Below, piece after piece: positions 39,228-51,000 of a DNA stretch of 64,000 bases. The stretch is from Macrostomum hystrix (Eukaryota > Animalia > Platyhelminthes): the NCBI GenBank assembly GCA_950097015.1, contig CATNEN010000027.1:868001-932000 (forward strand), given 5' to 3'. A program made the position numbers and the translations under genes. Within the stretch, counting starts at the first letter, position 1; each line of letters begins with the position of its first letter. The notes beneath the pieces are model-generated. The model was given only the letters and a program-made list of their open reading frames with translations, ran no database searches and was not told where the DNA came from.

Positions 39228-40052
39228 CAAATCGGGACATTGCAAATCGGGACATTGCAAATCGGGACATTGCAAATCGGGACATTGCAAATCGGGACAT
39301 TGCAAATCGGGACATTGCAAATCGGGACATTGCAAATCGGGACATTGCAAATCGGGACATTGCAAATCGGGACATTGCAAATCGGGACATTGCAAATCGG
39401 GACATTGCAAATCGGGACATTGCAAATCGGGACATTGCAAATCGGGACATTGCAAATCGGGACATTGCAAATCGGGACATTGCAAATCGGGACATTGCAA
39501 ATCGGGACATTGCAAATCGGGACATTGCAAATCGGGACATTGCAAATCGGGACATTGCAAATCGGGACATTGCAAATCGGGACATTGCAAATCGGGACAT
39601 TGCAAATCGGGACATTGCAAATCGGGACATTGCAAATCGGGACATTGCAAATCGGGACATTGCAAATCGGGACATTGCAAATCGGGACATTGCAAATCGG
39701 GACATTGCAAATCGGGACATTGCAAATCGGGACATTGCAAATCGGGACATTGCAAATCGGGACATTGCAAATCGGGACATTGCAAATCGGGACATTGCAA
39801 ATCGGGACATTGCAAATCGGGACATTGCAAATCGGGACATTGCAAATCGGGACATTGCAAATCGGGACATTGCAAATCGGGACATTGCAAATCGGGACAT
39901 TGCAAATCGGGACATTGCAAATCGGGACATTGCAAATCGGGACATTGCAAATCGGGACATTGCAAATCGGGACATTGCAAATCGGGACATTGCAAATCGG
40001 GACATTGCAAATCGGGACATTGCAAATCGGGACATTGCAAATCGGGACATTG
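39228..40052. repeat. Perfect 15-bp tandem repeat (CAAATCGGGACATTG) x55
   Basis: 825 bp, no variant unit seen. Confidence 0.98.
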
Positions 40053-40571
40053 CAAATTGCACGTCTCTGTTAGATGGCTCCCGATAATTAAGTAAAAATG
40101 CTGGACCGCAAGCTTGTTTTGTCATGGTGTGAACTAGAAGCGGAATTCGACTCGACCAAACAATTTTTTCGCCCGATTTTTTGTGAGAACTTTGCGTGGA
40201 AAATAATTTTCTGGAAATTTGCATTGTTTATCAAATTACGCGTTATTCTGATGGAAAACAAAGACATGAATCGGGATTTGTTCCAAAAATTTCGGCTTTC
40301 TTAATCGAGACCCCATGTAATTCCTCTTGTACACTGGGTTAAGGGCATCAGGATCCATCGGGGCAGTTGTGCTCGCTGCCGGCATAAAATCATCTTTTCT
40401 AGCTGCGCACAACACACGCACTGATCCATTCGCATTATCCTCCCCAGAGACTGGTGGCCTGAAGCGGAGTGACTGATCTGATTATGAGAGGCCGACACCG
40501 GCTGTTCCCGGTTGCCTTACTTTCGCATCTGCTGCCGCCACCCCAGCTGGTCGTCTCGGCCGGAATTTCAC

Positions 40572-40580
40572 TATATAAAA
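40572..40580 (+). promoter_or_regulatory. TATA box (TATATAAAA) upstream of the TARP-like gene
   Basis: About 100 nt upstream of the ATG at 40676. Confidence 0.5.
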
Positions 40581-40675
40581 CAGCCTCCCTAGCAGCTAAT
40601 CAATTCGGGAGCGCATCAGAAATGCAGCCAACGAGAATCTATTGAGAGTCGCGCACGGTTTAAGTCACATCGACA

Positions 40676-43220
40676 ATGTCTCGCGTCCTGCAGAAGATCG
40701 CCTTCCTGATCTTCACTGGCTCGGGAGCCGTGGCCACAGTGCTCATGACTATCGCCGTGTCCACTCCCTACTGGATTGAGGTGCACGAAGTGTCATTCAA
40801 AAATGCTCACGGCGTCTCAATACCGTTCGACATGATCACCTACTCGGGCCTGTGGCAGTTCTGCTATCGAATTGCACCCAAGGAGGACATTGGCGAGATT
40901 GAGGAGAACTGCGACACTATCTCTTATAGGGACTTTCGTCTGCAGCTGCAATACGAGAGCTTCCTGCAGCCAATGGTCACCTTTTCACTGATTAGTGAGT
41001 TTAATAATAATTAATAATTGAAGGAGAGCAGCGGGCAATGGCACGTTATTTCGTGACACACGACCAGCCTCCTTGCAGCCAGCGAGGAGGCAATTCTGCC
41101 CCATTTCACTGAATCCTGAGCACACAAGCACGCATATACCGCATGCAGGCATACGTTCATACAAGTGTGTACATCTGCCCTGACTTTCTCATCGTCAGGC
41201 AGTGTACACTCTGACTGCGCCTTGGAGGTTGGCTCTCAAGGGCGTAAATTGCACGACAAGCCCCCCCAACCTTCTCTCAGCGGCTGCGCCCCAAATAAAT
41301 GTGGTCTCGACGCGTAATCGAACTCAGGGACGTCAGTACGAGAGGCAAACGCGTTAACCGCCCTGCCACTGACCCCTGATTAGTGAGTTTAATTTAGAGT
41401 TCATTCTAACAAGCTTTGTATTGTAAGAAAAAATAATTATAGAATTATATTATAGAGACAGATGATAAAGTTTTACACCATGTAAAGATTCACAGACTTA
41501 AGGTCAGAAAAATTCAATATGAAATTAGTTCCAGATTCCGTAAATCCATGTCCTTTGTTTGTTGAAGGCATGGTGTCCCATTCAGAAGAAGAAAGTTTCA
41601 TTTCCCAATTTTATTTTCATAATTGAGCTCAACTTAACTCGTCCCTCAAATTCGACTTGTTTTAGACAACTTCAAGATGGGCATGCCGCTGTACATGATC
41701 AGCCTGGCCTTCCTCATCACGGCCAATGTTGTGTCGCTGTTTCAGAACGCAAACAGAATCTTCTTCCCGTTTATTAACGCGATTCTGCTGATATTTTCCA
41801 GTGAGCCTCTGTCTATCTTGATCAAATGGTGATGTTTTGGTTGACGTGGTTGTCTATTCATTACTTACTTGGTTAGTTGGTTAGTTGGTTGGCTGGTGCG
41901 TTTCCTGGTCTCTTCATTAGTTGGTTAGTTGGTTGGCTGGTGTGTTTCCTGGTCTCTTCATTAGTTGGTTAGTTGGTTGGCTGGTGTGTTTCCTGGTCTC
42001 TTCATTAGCTGGTTAGTTGGTTGGCTAGCTGGTTTGTTTCCTGGTCTCTTCATTAGCTGGTTAGTTGGTTGGTTGGCTGGTGTGTTTCCTGGTCTCTTCA
42101 TTAGTTGGTCAGTTGGTTGGCTGGTGTGTTTCCTGGTCTCTTCATTAGTTGGTCAGTTGGTTGGCTGGTGTGTTTCCTGGTCTCTTCATTAGTTGGTTAG
42201 TTGGTTGGCTAGCTGGTTTGTTTCCTGGTCTCTTCATTAGTTGGTCAGTTGGTTGGCTGGTGTGTTTCCTGGTCTCTTCATTAGTTGGTTAGTTGGTTGG
42301 CTGGTGTGTTTCCTGGTCTCTTCATTAGTTGGTTAGTTGGTTGGCTGGTGTGTTTCCTGGTCTCTTCATTAGTTGGTTAGTTGGTTAGCTGGTAGGTTTC
42401 CTGGTCTCTTCATTAGTTCGTTGCTTGTTTGGTTGGATGTTTGGTTAGTCGGTTGGTTTGCTAGTTGGTTTGTTGGATGGTTTATTGGTAGGTTAGTTCG
42501 TGGGGTTTTTCGTTACTTTGTTTGCTGGATTTACAATGCTTAGTTAGGCTTGTTTGTTGCTTGGTACGCTCAGCCGTATTCCAATGCCCAATGTTGCCCA
42601 GACTCTCTTCTTCTACATCTCCAGGCCTGCTGCTATCTATGGGCTGCATCTATTTCATTGGAGCCGTTGATTTCGAGGGTCTTAACGATCACCCGGAAGA
42701 GAAGGATCGGCCAGTTACCTATCACTTTGGCTACGGCTTCAAGCTAGTCTGGGTTTCCTTCCTACTAGAGAACCTGGCCATAGCCGTCAATGTCTATCTG
42801 TGGATGAGCTACCGCAGCGAAGAGTTGAAGCATCAGCGAGAAAATCTGGCCAGCTTTAAAAACATCGCAATGCAGATGGTGCCGCTTGGCCGCGGAGGTG
42901 GCGGCGGCGGCACCAAGGCATCTTCCTGTGAGCGAGGCAGCCGGGCTCCCTTCGCAACAGTCGCTCGTACATTCAGCTCTGCAGGGCCAGCCGCCGGAGC
43001 CGCTGTAGAGTCTGCCGATGGAAGCGCAGCCGGACCGTCGGCAGACGTGACGGTGGACGAAGCTACTCCGCTGCAGCCGCAGTCCGAGCAGCAGCGCCTG
43101 GAGATGGCCATGCGTCACTGGGCATTTCTGAAGAGCCCCACCAAGCTGAGCCGGCTGGAGCAGAAGCGGGCAGACAGTCTGGCCCGCCAGGTCATGGTGC
43201 GAGCCACCACCAGCAAGTGA
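40676..43220 (+). CDS. TARP/stargazin-like (voltage-dependent calcium channel gamma subunit, PMP22/claudin superfamily), about 349 aa; exons 40676-40994, 41666-41800, 42625-43220
   Basis: GT-AG introns with phases 1 and 1 (total 1050 nt). TM1 LMTIAVSTPYW resembles CACNG2 LMTIAVGTDYW (recalled). Claudin signature YSGLWQFC...C, four hydrophobic segments, TYHFGYGF before TM4, long cytoplasmic tail. Confidence 0.8.
41006..41375 (-). mobile_element. Full-length tRNA-derived SINE, about 370 bp, (ATT)n tail, 18-bp TSD
   Basis: TSD CTGATTAGTGAGTTTAAT at 40988-41005 and 41376-41393. The minus-strand head GGGTCAGTGGCAGGGCGG...GAGTTCGATT has A- and B-box-like motifs. AT-rich tail at the other end. Confidence 0.88.
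41865..42420. repeat. 44-bp minisatellite (ggtgtgtttcctggtctcttcattagttggttagttggttggct)
   Basis: Periodic; inside intron 2 of the TARP-like gene. Confidence 0.92.
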
Positions 43221-43420
43221 GACGGCAAAACCGGGATAACCCAGCTGCACAATCGTCCTGGCTTGTCCTGAGGTCCTCAGCGTACAAGCTTCACACTTCA
43301 ATTGTTGAATCATTTCGACAATTTTTTTCTACGAACTATTTCGTCATTTCGACAAAAGTAGTGTTTTCCCGAAAAAGTACAGAATATCATGCAGGTTACG
43401 ATGTATTTTTATTTTGCTAA

Positions 43421-43645
43421 TAATAATAATAGTAATAATAATAATAATAATTTATTACACCTGCCCCAATCGGGCCAGACGTGCAGCCGACAGCACAGCC
43501 GCAGCTATTGCGCGGCACATCTGAAGACTGCGTACAGCTATTCTGTCCATGGACTGGGGGACGCCACACCCACCCTCAATTACCCCAGCTGATGCCGTGC
43601 CAATTTAACAGCTGACAGAACTGAAGCAATGCAGAGTTAAGTATC
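43421..43645 (-). mobile_element. Short 5'-truncated non-LTR retroelement or SINE fragment with long (ATT)n tail
   Basis: (TAA)n run at 43419-43450. Candidate 9-bp TSD TTTTGCTAA at 43412-20 and 43646-54. Confidence 0.5.
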
Positions 43646-44254
43646 TTTTGCTAAAGGACATTAAGCGTCCCAGCGGAGTCTGACGTCAAAATCAGGTTAG
43701 GAAATTGTCGTGGGGTGAAAATTTGTAACTAATGAGTTTTGCTTTTGCTTTTTACTCAACATGAAAGAAACAATTTGTTTAACTGCCTCTTCTTGCTCCA
43801 GAATTTGGGTTACATAATTTGCTGGCCCTTTTTCTCGTTTCTCTTCGCAGTAGACCTTGATATGCGAGCTAAATGTTTCAGGCTCGTGCATGTTTACAAT
43901 AGACGTATCTTTTCTATTGATAGTATTTTTTTCAAGTCAAACTAATGCTGAAAATACATACGTGGCTCTGTTACAGAAAATTAGTCCATTCAAAACAATT
44001 CAGCTGACCAATAGTACTGATACAATCATCACCTTGCTCGGTTAGTGTTTTGTGTTTGGATGGTGCTTTAAGATTGATGCTTTGGTGTTGGTGCTTTGGG
44101 GTTGGTGCTTTGGTGCTTGTCTTACTTGACTTAGCTCCAGGGTGGTCCGTGGACACAGCGGGGAGGCGAGGATCGCCCATACCGCTAACCCCTGTAGGCC
44201 GGCGGACAGGCGAGGGTGCGGGGCCGGTCAGGGTGGTCCGCCGGTCCGTCCTGC

Positions 44255-44695
44255 AGCGTTGGTGTTTGTACTTTGGGGTTGATGCTTTGGGGATGATGCT
44301 TTGGAGTTGGTGTTTTGGGGTTGGTGTTTTGGGGTTGGTGTTTTGGGGATGATGCTTTGGGGTTGGTGTTTTAGGGTTGGTGTTTTGGGATTGGTGTTTT
44401 GGGGTTGGTGTTTTGGGGTTGGTGTTTTGGGGTTGGTGTTTTGGGGATGATGCTTTGGGGTTGGTGTTTTAGGGTTGGTGTTTTGGTGTTTGTACTTTGG
44501 GGTTGATGCTTTGGGGTTGGTGTTTTGGGGTTGGTGTTTTGAGGTTGATGCTTTGGGGATGATGCTTTGGGGTTGGTGTTTGGGGTTGGCGCTACATTGG
44601 GGTTGATGCTTTGGAATTTGTGTTATGGGGTTGGTGTTTTGGGGTTGGTGTTTTGGGGTTGGTGTTTTGGGGTTGGTGTTTTGGGGTTGGCGCTT
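44255..44695. repeat. 15-bp G/T-rich tandem repeat (ttttggggttggtgt), also at 44050-44110
   Basis: Periodic; gives the spurious PKHQPQNTN ORF. Confidence 0.9.
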
Positions 44696-45229
44696 TTGTT
44701 TAGGCTGTTTCAACGTTCTGTTATAAATTAATTCAAGGTGTAGTTTTCTAAAAAGCTTATTTTTCAAACTATAACTTTTTCAGCTGTTGAAATATATGCA
44801 GTCATCTGGGATGTGTTTAAGTGCAATATTTTAAACACATTAAATGATACTTTCAGTTACCTCTATACGCAAATAATATTATCGAATTCTTTCTGTGGTT
44901 CTACAGATAGGAGTCTAGAGCTAAGAATTAAAAGCTAGCCTGCATAACTATCACTATTGTTGACCAGTCGAGAAGTGCAAACCAGATTAATTCTCCAAAA
45001 ACAAAAGACACACAAAACCAGCAGCAATCACTGAAATAAGAAAGCTTCCGTTTTTGTGCTACTGTGGTACAAGCACTTTTGCTAAATAAATTGCACTTCT
45101 CACTTCCTGCCTGAAGACAGCTGCTTTTAGACTATGTCTACGGAATCCAAAAAAAGATGACTCATTTTGGGTTCTATGAAATGTTCACCTGTCTATGCAT
45201 CATTTTATGGCTGACGGTCTGAGACACAG

Positions 45230-47310
45230 AGACAGAAGGGGATTAGGGAAAAGGAACAGAATGGGGAGATTAGGGGAGAAAACAGAAGGAACATGAGGGA
45301 GACGAGGGGAAAAAGACAGAAGGAATATGAGGGAGATTAGGGGAGAAAGACAGAAGGAACATGAGGGAGATTAGGGGAGAAAGACAGAAGAAATGAGGGA
45401 GACTAGGGGAGAAAGACAGAAGGAATATGAGGGAGATTAGGGGAGAAAGACAGAAGGAATATGAGGGAGATTAGAGGAGAAAGACAGAAGGAATATGAGG
45501 GAGATTAGGGGAGAAAGACAGAAGAAATGAGGGAGATTAGGGGAGAAAGACAGAAGAAATGAGGGAGATTAGGGGAGAAAGACAGAAGAAATGAGGGAGA
45601 TTAGGGGAGAAAGACAGAAGGAATATGAGGGAGATTAGGGGAGAAAGACAGAAGAAATGAGGGAGATTAGGGGAGAAAGACAGAAGAAATGAGGGAGATT
45701 AGGGGAGAAAGACAGAAGAAATGAGGGAGATTAGGGGAGAAAGACAGAAGGAATATGATGGAGATTAGGGGAGAAAGACAGAAGAAATAAGGGAGATTAG
45801 GGGAGAAAGACAGAAGGAATATGAGGGAGATTAGGGGAGAAAGACAGAAGGAATATGAGGGAGATTAGGGGAGAAAGACAGAAGGAATATGAGGGAGATT
45901 AGGGGAGAAAGACAGAAGGAATATGAGGGCAGATTAGGGAGAAAGACAAGGAATATGAGGGAGATTAGGGGAGAAAGACAGAAGGAATATGAGGGAGATT
46001 AGGGGAGAAAGACAGAAGGAATGTGGGGGGAGATTAGGGGAGAACGACAGAAGGAATATGAGGGAGATTAGAGGAGAAAGACAGAGGGAATATGAGGGAG
46101 ATTAGGGGAGAAAGACAGAAGGAATATAAGGGAGATTAGGGGAGAAAGACAGAAGGAATATGAGGGAGATTAGGGGAGAAAGACAGAAGGAATATGAGGG
46201 AGATTAGGGGAGAAAGACAGAAGAAATAAGGGAGATTAGGGGAGAAAGACAGAAGGAATATGAGGGAGACTAGGGGAGAAAGACAGAAGGAACATGAGGA
46301 AGATTAGGGGAGAAAGACAGAAGAAATGAGGGAGATTAGGGGAGAAAGACAGAAGGAACATGAGGTAGATTAGAGGAGAAAGACAGAGGGAATATGAGGG
46401 CAGATTAGGGAGAAAGACAAGGAATATGATGGAGATTAGGGGAGAAAGACAGAAGGAATATGAGGGAGATTAGGGGAGAAAGACAGAAGGAATATGAGGG
46501 AGACTAGGGGAGAAAGACAGAAGGAATATGAGGGAGATTAGGGGAGAAAGACAGAAGGAATATGAGGGAGATTAGAGGAGAAAGACAGAAGGAATATGAG
46601 GGAGACTAGGGGAGAAAGACAGAAGGAATATGAGGGAGATTAGGGGAGAAAGACAGAAGGAATATGAGGGAGATTAGGGGAGAAAGACAGAAGGAATATG
46701 AGGGCAGATTAGGGGAGAAAGACAGAAGGAACATGAGGGAGATTAGGGGAGAAAGACAGAAGGAATATGAGGGAGATTAGGGGAGAAAGACAGAAGGAAT
46801 ATGATGGAGATTAGGGGAGAAAGACAGAAGAAATAAGGGAGATTAGGGGAGAAAGACAGAAGGAATATGAGGGAGATTAGGGGAGAAAGACAGAAGGAAT
46901 ATGAGGGAGATTAGGGGAGAAAGACAGAAGGAATATGAAGGAGATTAGGGGAGAAAGACAGAAGAAATAAGGGAGATTAGGGGAGAAAGACAGAAGGAAT
47001 ATGAGGGAGATTAGGGGAGAAAGACAGAAGGAATATGAGGGAGATTAGGGGAGAAAGACAGAAGGAATATGAGGGAGATTAGGGGAGAAAGACAGAAGGA
47101 ATATGAGGGAGATTAGGGGAGAAAGACAGAAGGAATATGAAGGAGATTAGGGGAGAAAGACAGAAGGAATATGAGGGAGATTAGGGGAGAAAGACAGAAG
47201 GAATATGAAGGAGATTAGGGGAGAAAGACAGAAGGAATATGAGGGAGATTAGGGGAGAAAGACAGAAGGAATATGAAGGAGATTAGGGGAGAAAGACAGA
47301 AGGAATATGA
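45230..47310. repeat. 34-bp purine-rich minisatellite (gagattaggggagaaagacagaaggaatatgagg), about 60 copies
   Basis: Direct periodicity with 32-35 bp variants. Confidence 0.96.
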
Positions 47311-48038
47311 GGACGATTCTGAAAGAGATCAAGCGAAAAGGAACTGCATGCAGTTATTTACGAGTGAATAACAGTGGTCTCACCGCGGACTCTTAGCAGG
47401 GCCAGAGCCACGGTCGAGCTGTAACTGGGAAGACGAGATCACACAAAGCAGCGGTTCGTGCCACGCCCCACAGAGGCGGACCCGCAGTCTCGCCTTAGGA
47501 GCGATGATTTGCTGGATCAAACGACTGGAATGAAAAGACCGCATACATTCTCTTCTCTCCACCCCCGGATCCTATTTTTCTCCCACCCACCCCCGGGCAC
47601 ACACCATGGTAGGGATTCGGGATCGGCTCAAAGTCGATTTCCGTAGGCCTCGCACTGCGTGCCAATCGCGGAGTTGTGATTTTGGGATTTTTCGAGGATA
47701 GGAGGGTAGTTTGGAACGTTAACACGGGGAGAGATGAAAGGGATGAATGAGATGATGCCCGTTTAGAGAGGCTGAAAACGCTTCTGCTGAACCACCCACC
47801 CCTGAAAAATCGTTCAATTTTTGTAGCAATTCTTGCCTTGCGTAGAGCGACCATTGCACATTGGACCCGGGGAGGAGGCGGGCGGGGGAGGCTTCTGCGT
47901 GGGTGTGGCTTCGATGCATGCTCCTGGATGATTTTCAGCTGCCGGCCAATGAAATGTCACCAGCCGAAGCTGCTAACTGAATGATTATTAATCTAGGAGT
48001 TTTGCTGCTGTTTGGCTTCGGCTCAACTCTGGCTCAAA

Positions 48039-51000
48039 ATGGACTGGCAGCGGCTTCTGCTGATCATTGTACTGCCTGCGTGCGGCGGGGCGACAGCTCT
48101 GGCGCTGCTCGTCCTGTGCGTTGGTCTGCTGTGCCACCGGCTGACCGGCTGCTGCTGCTGGCGCTGCTGCTCCACCACGGCAGACAAATCATTGGAGGAA
48201 TTGTCGCACAGGTGTGAAATGCACTGCTTCGCCCCTGATTTCTGCGAATATAAATATAAGCTAAATTATTAATGTTGGGTTTAGAAATATTGACTCTAAC
48301 AGAATTGAATAGTAGAACACAATTGCATTGAATAAATTGAGATAGAGTACACAATTATGGAATGGAACCGATTATTATAGAGTAGAGTGGAGTAGAGCGG
48401 AGTATAATAAAAAAAGAAATAGAATTGAATTGAATGGACTAGAACGGAAAAGAATGGAATTGAGTGAAATATAATGGAATGGAATGGAGTAGAAGGAGAT
48501 GAAATGTAATAGAATGGAATAGAATGGAATAGAATGGAATAGAATGGAATAGAATGGAATAGAATGGAATAGAATGGAATAGAATGGAATAGAATGGAAT
48601 AGAATGGAATAGAATGGAATAGAATGGAATAGAATGGAATAGAACGGAATAGAATGGAATAGAATGGAATAGAATGGAATAGAATGGAATAGAATGGAAT
48701 AGAATGGAATAGAATGGAATAGAATGGAATAGAATGGAATAGAATGGAATAGAATGGCATATAAAAACTTGGAATGAAATAGAATTGAGTGGAAAAGAAT
48801 GAAATAGCACCCGTGGAAAAAATGGATGAAATGGAATAGACGAGTAAAGAAACTAGTAGAATAGCATGGAATATAATACAATTGACAAAAACGATTCCTA
48901 ATTTTATTTGAAATTTTTTTTGAGGCCTGCAAGAACATATATTTCTTTATATCCAAAACCTTATCATGCCGCCAGTCATATTCCTAATTAATTAGCACTT
49001 CCATTAATTGAGTTTTTGACACATTCTGGAAATCACTTATCTATAAAAAATTATTGTTTACAGTTAAGATTTGCTTGCCGTAATTATCGATATTTTATTG
49101 GCTGGCCAGAAATTGCCGAGTGACGCAAGTTATAAATAAATGGTTGACAAGGCTGTTTTTCAGTTGGTTCAATAAGTCCAAACACTGCAGCTTTACCTAT
49201 TGCACCTGCTCAGGTAGATTTGAGCAGGTCAGTCAGTGGGATTTGAGACGCTAATGGACACTGCCCAATGCTGTAGTGTTAGTGAGGAATCCTCATTGGA
49301 AACAAATGAGCAACATGAGGAGGCCGCATTCTTCCCTGACCGCGGAAGCGTGCCCAGATTTGTTTTAATCCACTGGGCCGTTGACGGAAGACAAAAATTC
49401 CGATGGCATGAGGATTATCGACTCATCAGCCAATCTTTACCTCCGTCATCTCTATCGTCCAGCCTCCTTAACAGGCAACTAAATAGCAGTTTGTACTTCA
49501 AATCTCTGTATTCAGCATTAAAGTAAGTGAAGTGTCAACAAAGGATAGCACTTTTCTTCAGATAACCTCTCCATATTTCCATAGTTTCATATTTCCATAG
49601 TTTCATATTTCCATAGTTCCATAGTTTCATATTTCCATAGTTTCATATTTCCATAGTTTCATATTTCCATAGTTCCATAGTTTCATATTTCCATAGTTCC
49701 ATAGTTTCATATTTCCATAGTTCCATATTTCCATAGTTCCATATTTCCATAGTTCTATATTTCCATATTTCCATATTTCCATAGTTTCATATTTCCATAG
49801 TTTCATATTTCCATAGTTCCATAGTTTCATATTTCCATAGTTCCATAGTTTCATAATTCCATAGTTCCATATTTCCATAGTTCCATATTTCCATAGTTCT
49901 ATATTTCCATATTTCCATATTTCCATAGTTTCATATTTCCATAGTTTCATGTTTCCATAGTTTCATGTTTCCATAGTTTCATATTTCCATAGTTTCATAT
50001 TTCCATAGTTTTATATTTCCATAGTTTCATATTTCCATAGTTTCATATTTCCATAGTTTCATATTTCCATAGTTTCATATTTCCATAGTTTTATATTTCC
50101 ATAGTTTCATATTTCCATAGTTTCATATTTCCATAGTTTCATATTTCCATAGTTTCATGTTTCCATAGTTCTATATTTCCATAGTTTTATATTTCCATAG
50201 TTTCATATTTCCATAGTTTCATATTTCCATAGTTTCATATTTCCATAGTTTTATATTTCCATAGTTTCATATTTCCATAGTTTCATATTTCCATAGTTTC
50301 ATATTTCCATAGTTTTATATTTCCATAGTTTCATATTTCACAAATTGAACTGTTTCACAGTTCCATATTTCAAATTTCTACACATCGTTTTTCTAAGATA
50401 CGATGGCCTAAACTATGGCCCACTGCTTCATTGTATACGGTCCCGTATCCCCGAATACCGAATCCCATCATCGCAAATCCTACCCATCAATTATCTCAAA
50501 GGCGACGGCCGCAGCAGGTGATTTCGCACGAAGTTCGCAGCCTCCCTGACGTGGAGCCGCTGCACTTGTTTGCGCCCAACGACAGGCAACCCGTGTGCGT
50601 CTACAGGAGCGGAGAGCAACCTGACATTGGGGCCATCTTCACTGTGGAGACCAGCAAAATGAGAAGTAGCTTGTGTGAGTTCTGTTCCGTTCTGTCCTGT
50701 CTGTTCTGTTCTGTTCTGTTCTGTTCTGTTCTGTTCTGTTCTGTTCTGTTCTGTTCTGTTCTGTTCTGCTCTGTTCTGTTCTGTTCTGTTCTGTTCTGCT
50801 CTGTTCTGTTCTGTTCTGTTCTGCTCTGTTCTGTTCTGTTCTGCTCTGTTCTGTTCTGTTTTGTTCTGTTCTGCTCTGTTCTGTTCTGTTCTGTTCTGCT
50901 CTGTTCTGTTCTGTTCTGTTCTGTTCTGTTCTGTTCTGTTCTGTTCTGCTCTGTTCTGTTCTGTTCTGTTCTGTTCTGTTCTGCTCTGTTCTGTTCTGCT

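Noticed and set aside
39127-40224. Pentapeptide-repeat-like ORFs (NRDIA, AMSRF, LQIGT, QCPDL)
   Set aside because: A 15-bp unit without stops opens several frames at once. There is no synonymous variation between units and no match to the A(D/N)LXX consensus.
41170-41205. Hammerhead ribozyme (minus strand CTGACGA...GAAA) in the SINE body
   Set aside because: Only 3 nt separate the two core boxes, so stem II cannot form; the sequence is better explained as a simple hairpin.
48039-48211. Synaptotagmin (N-terminal TM plus Cys cluster)
   Set aside because: No C2-domain sequence was found in any downstream exon-like segment.
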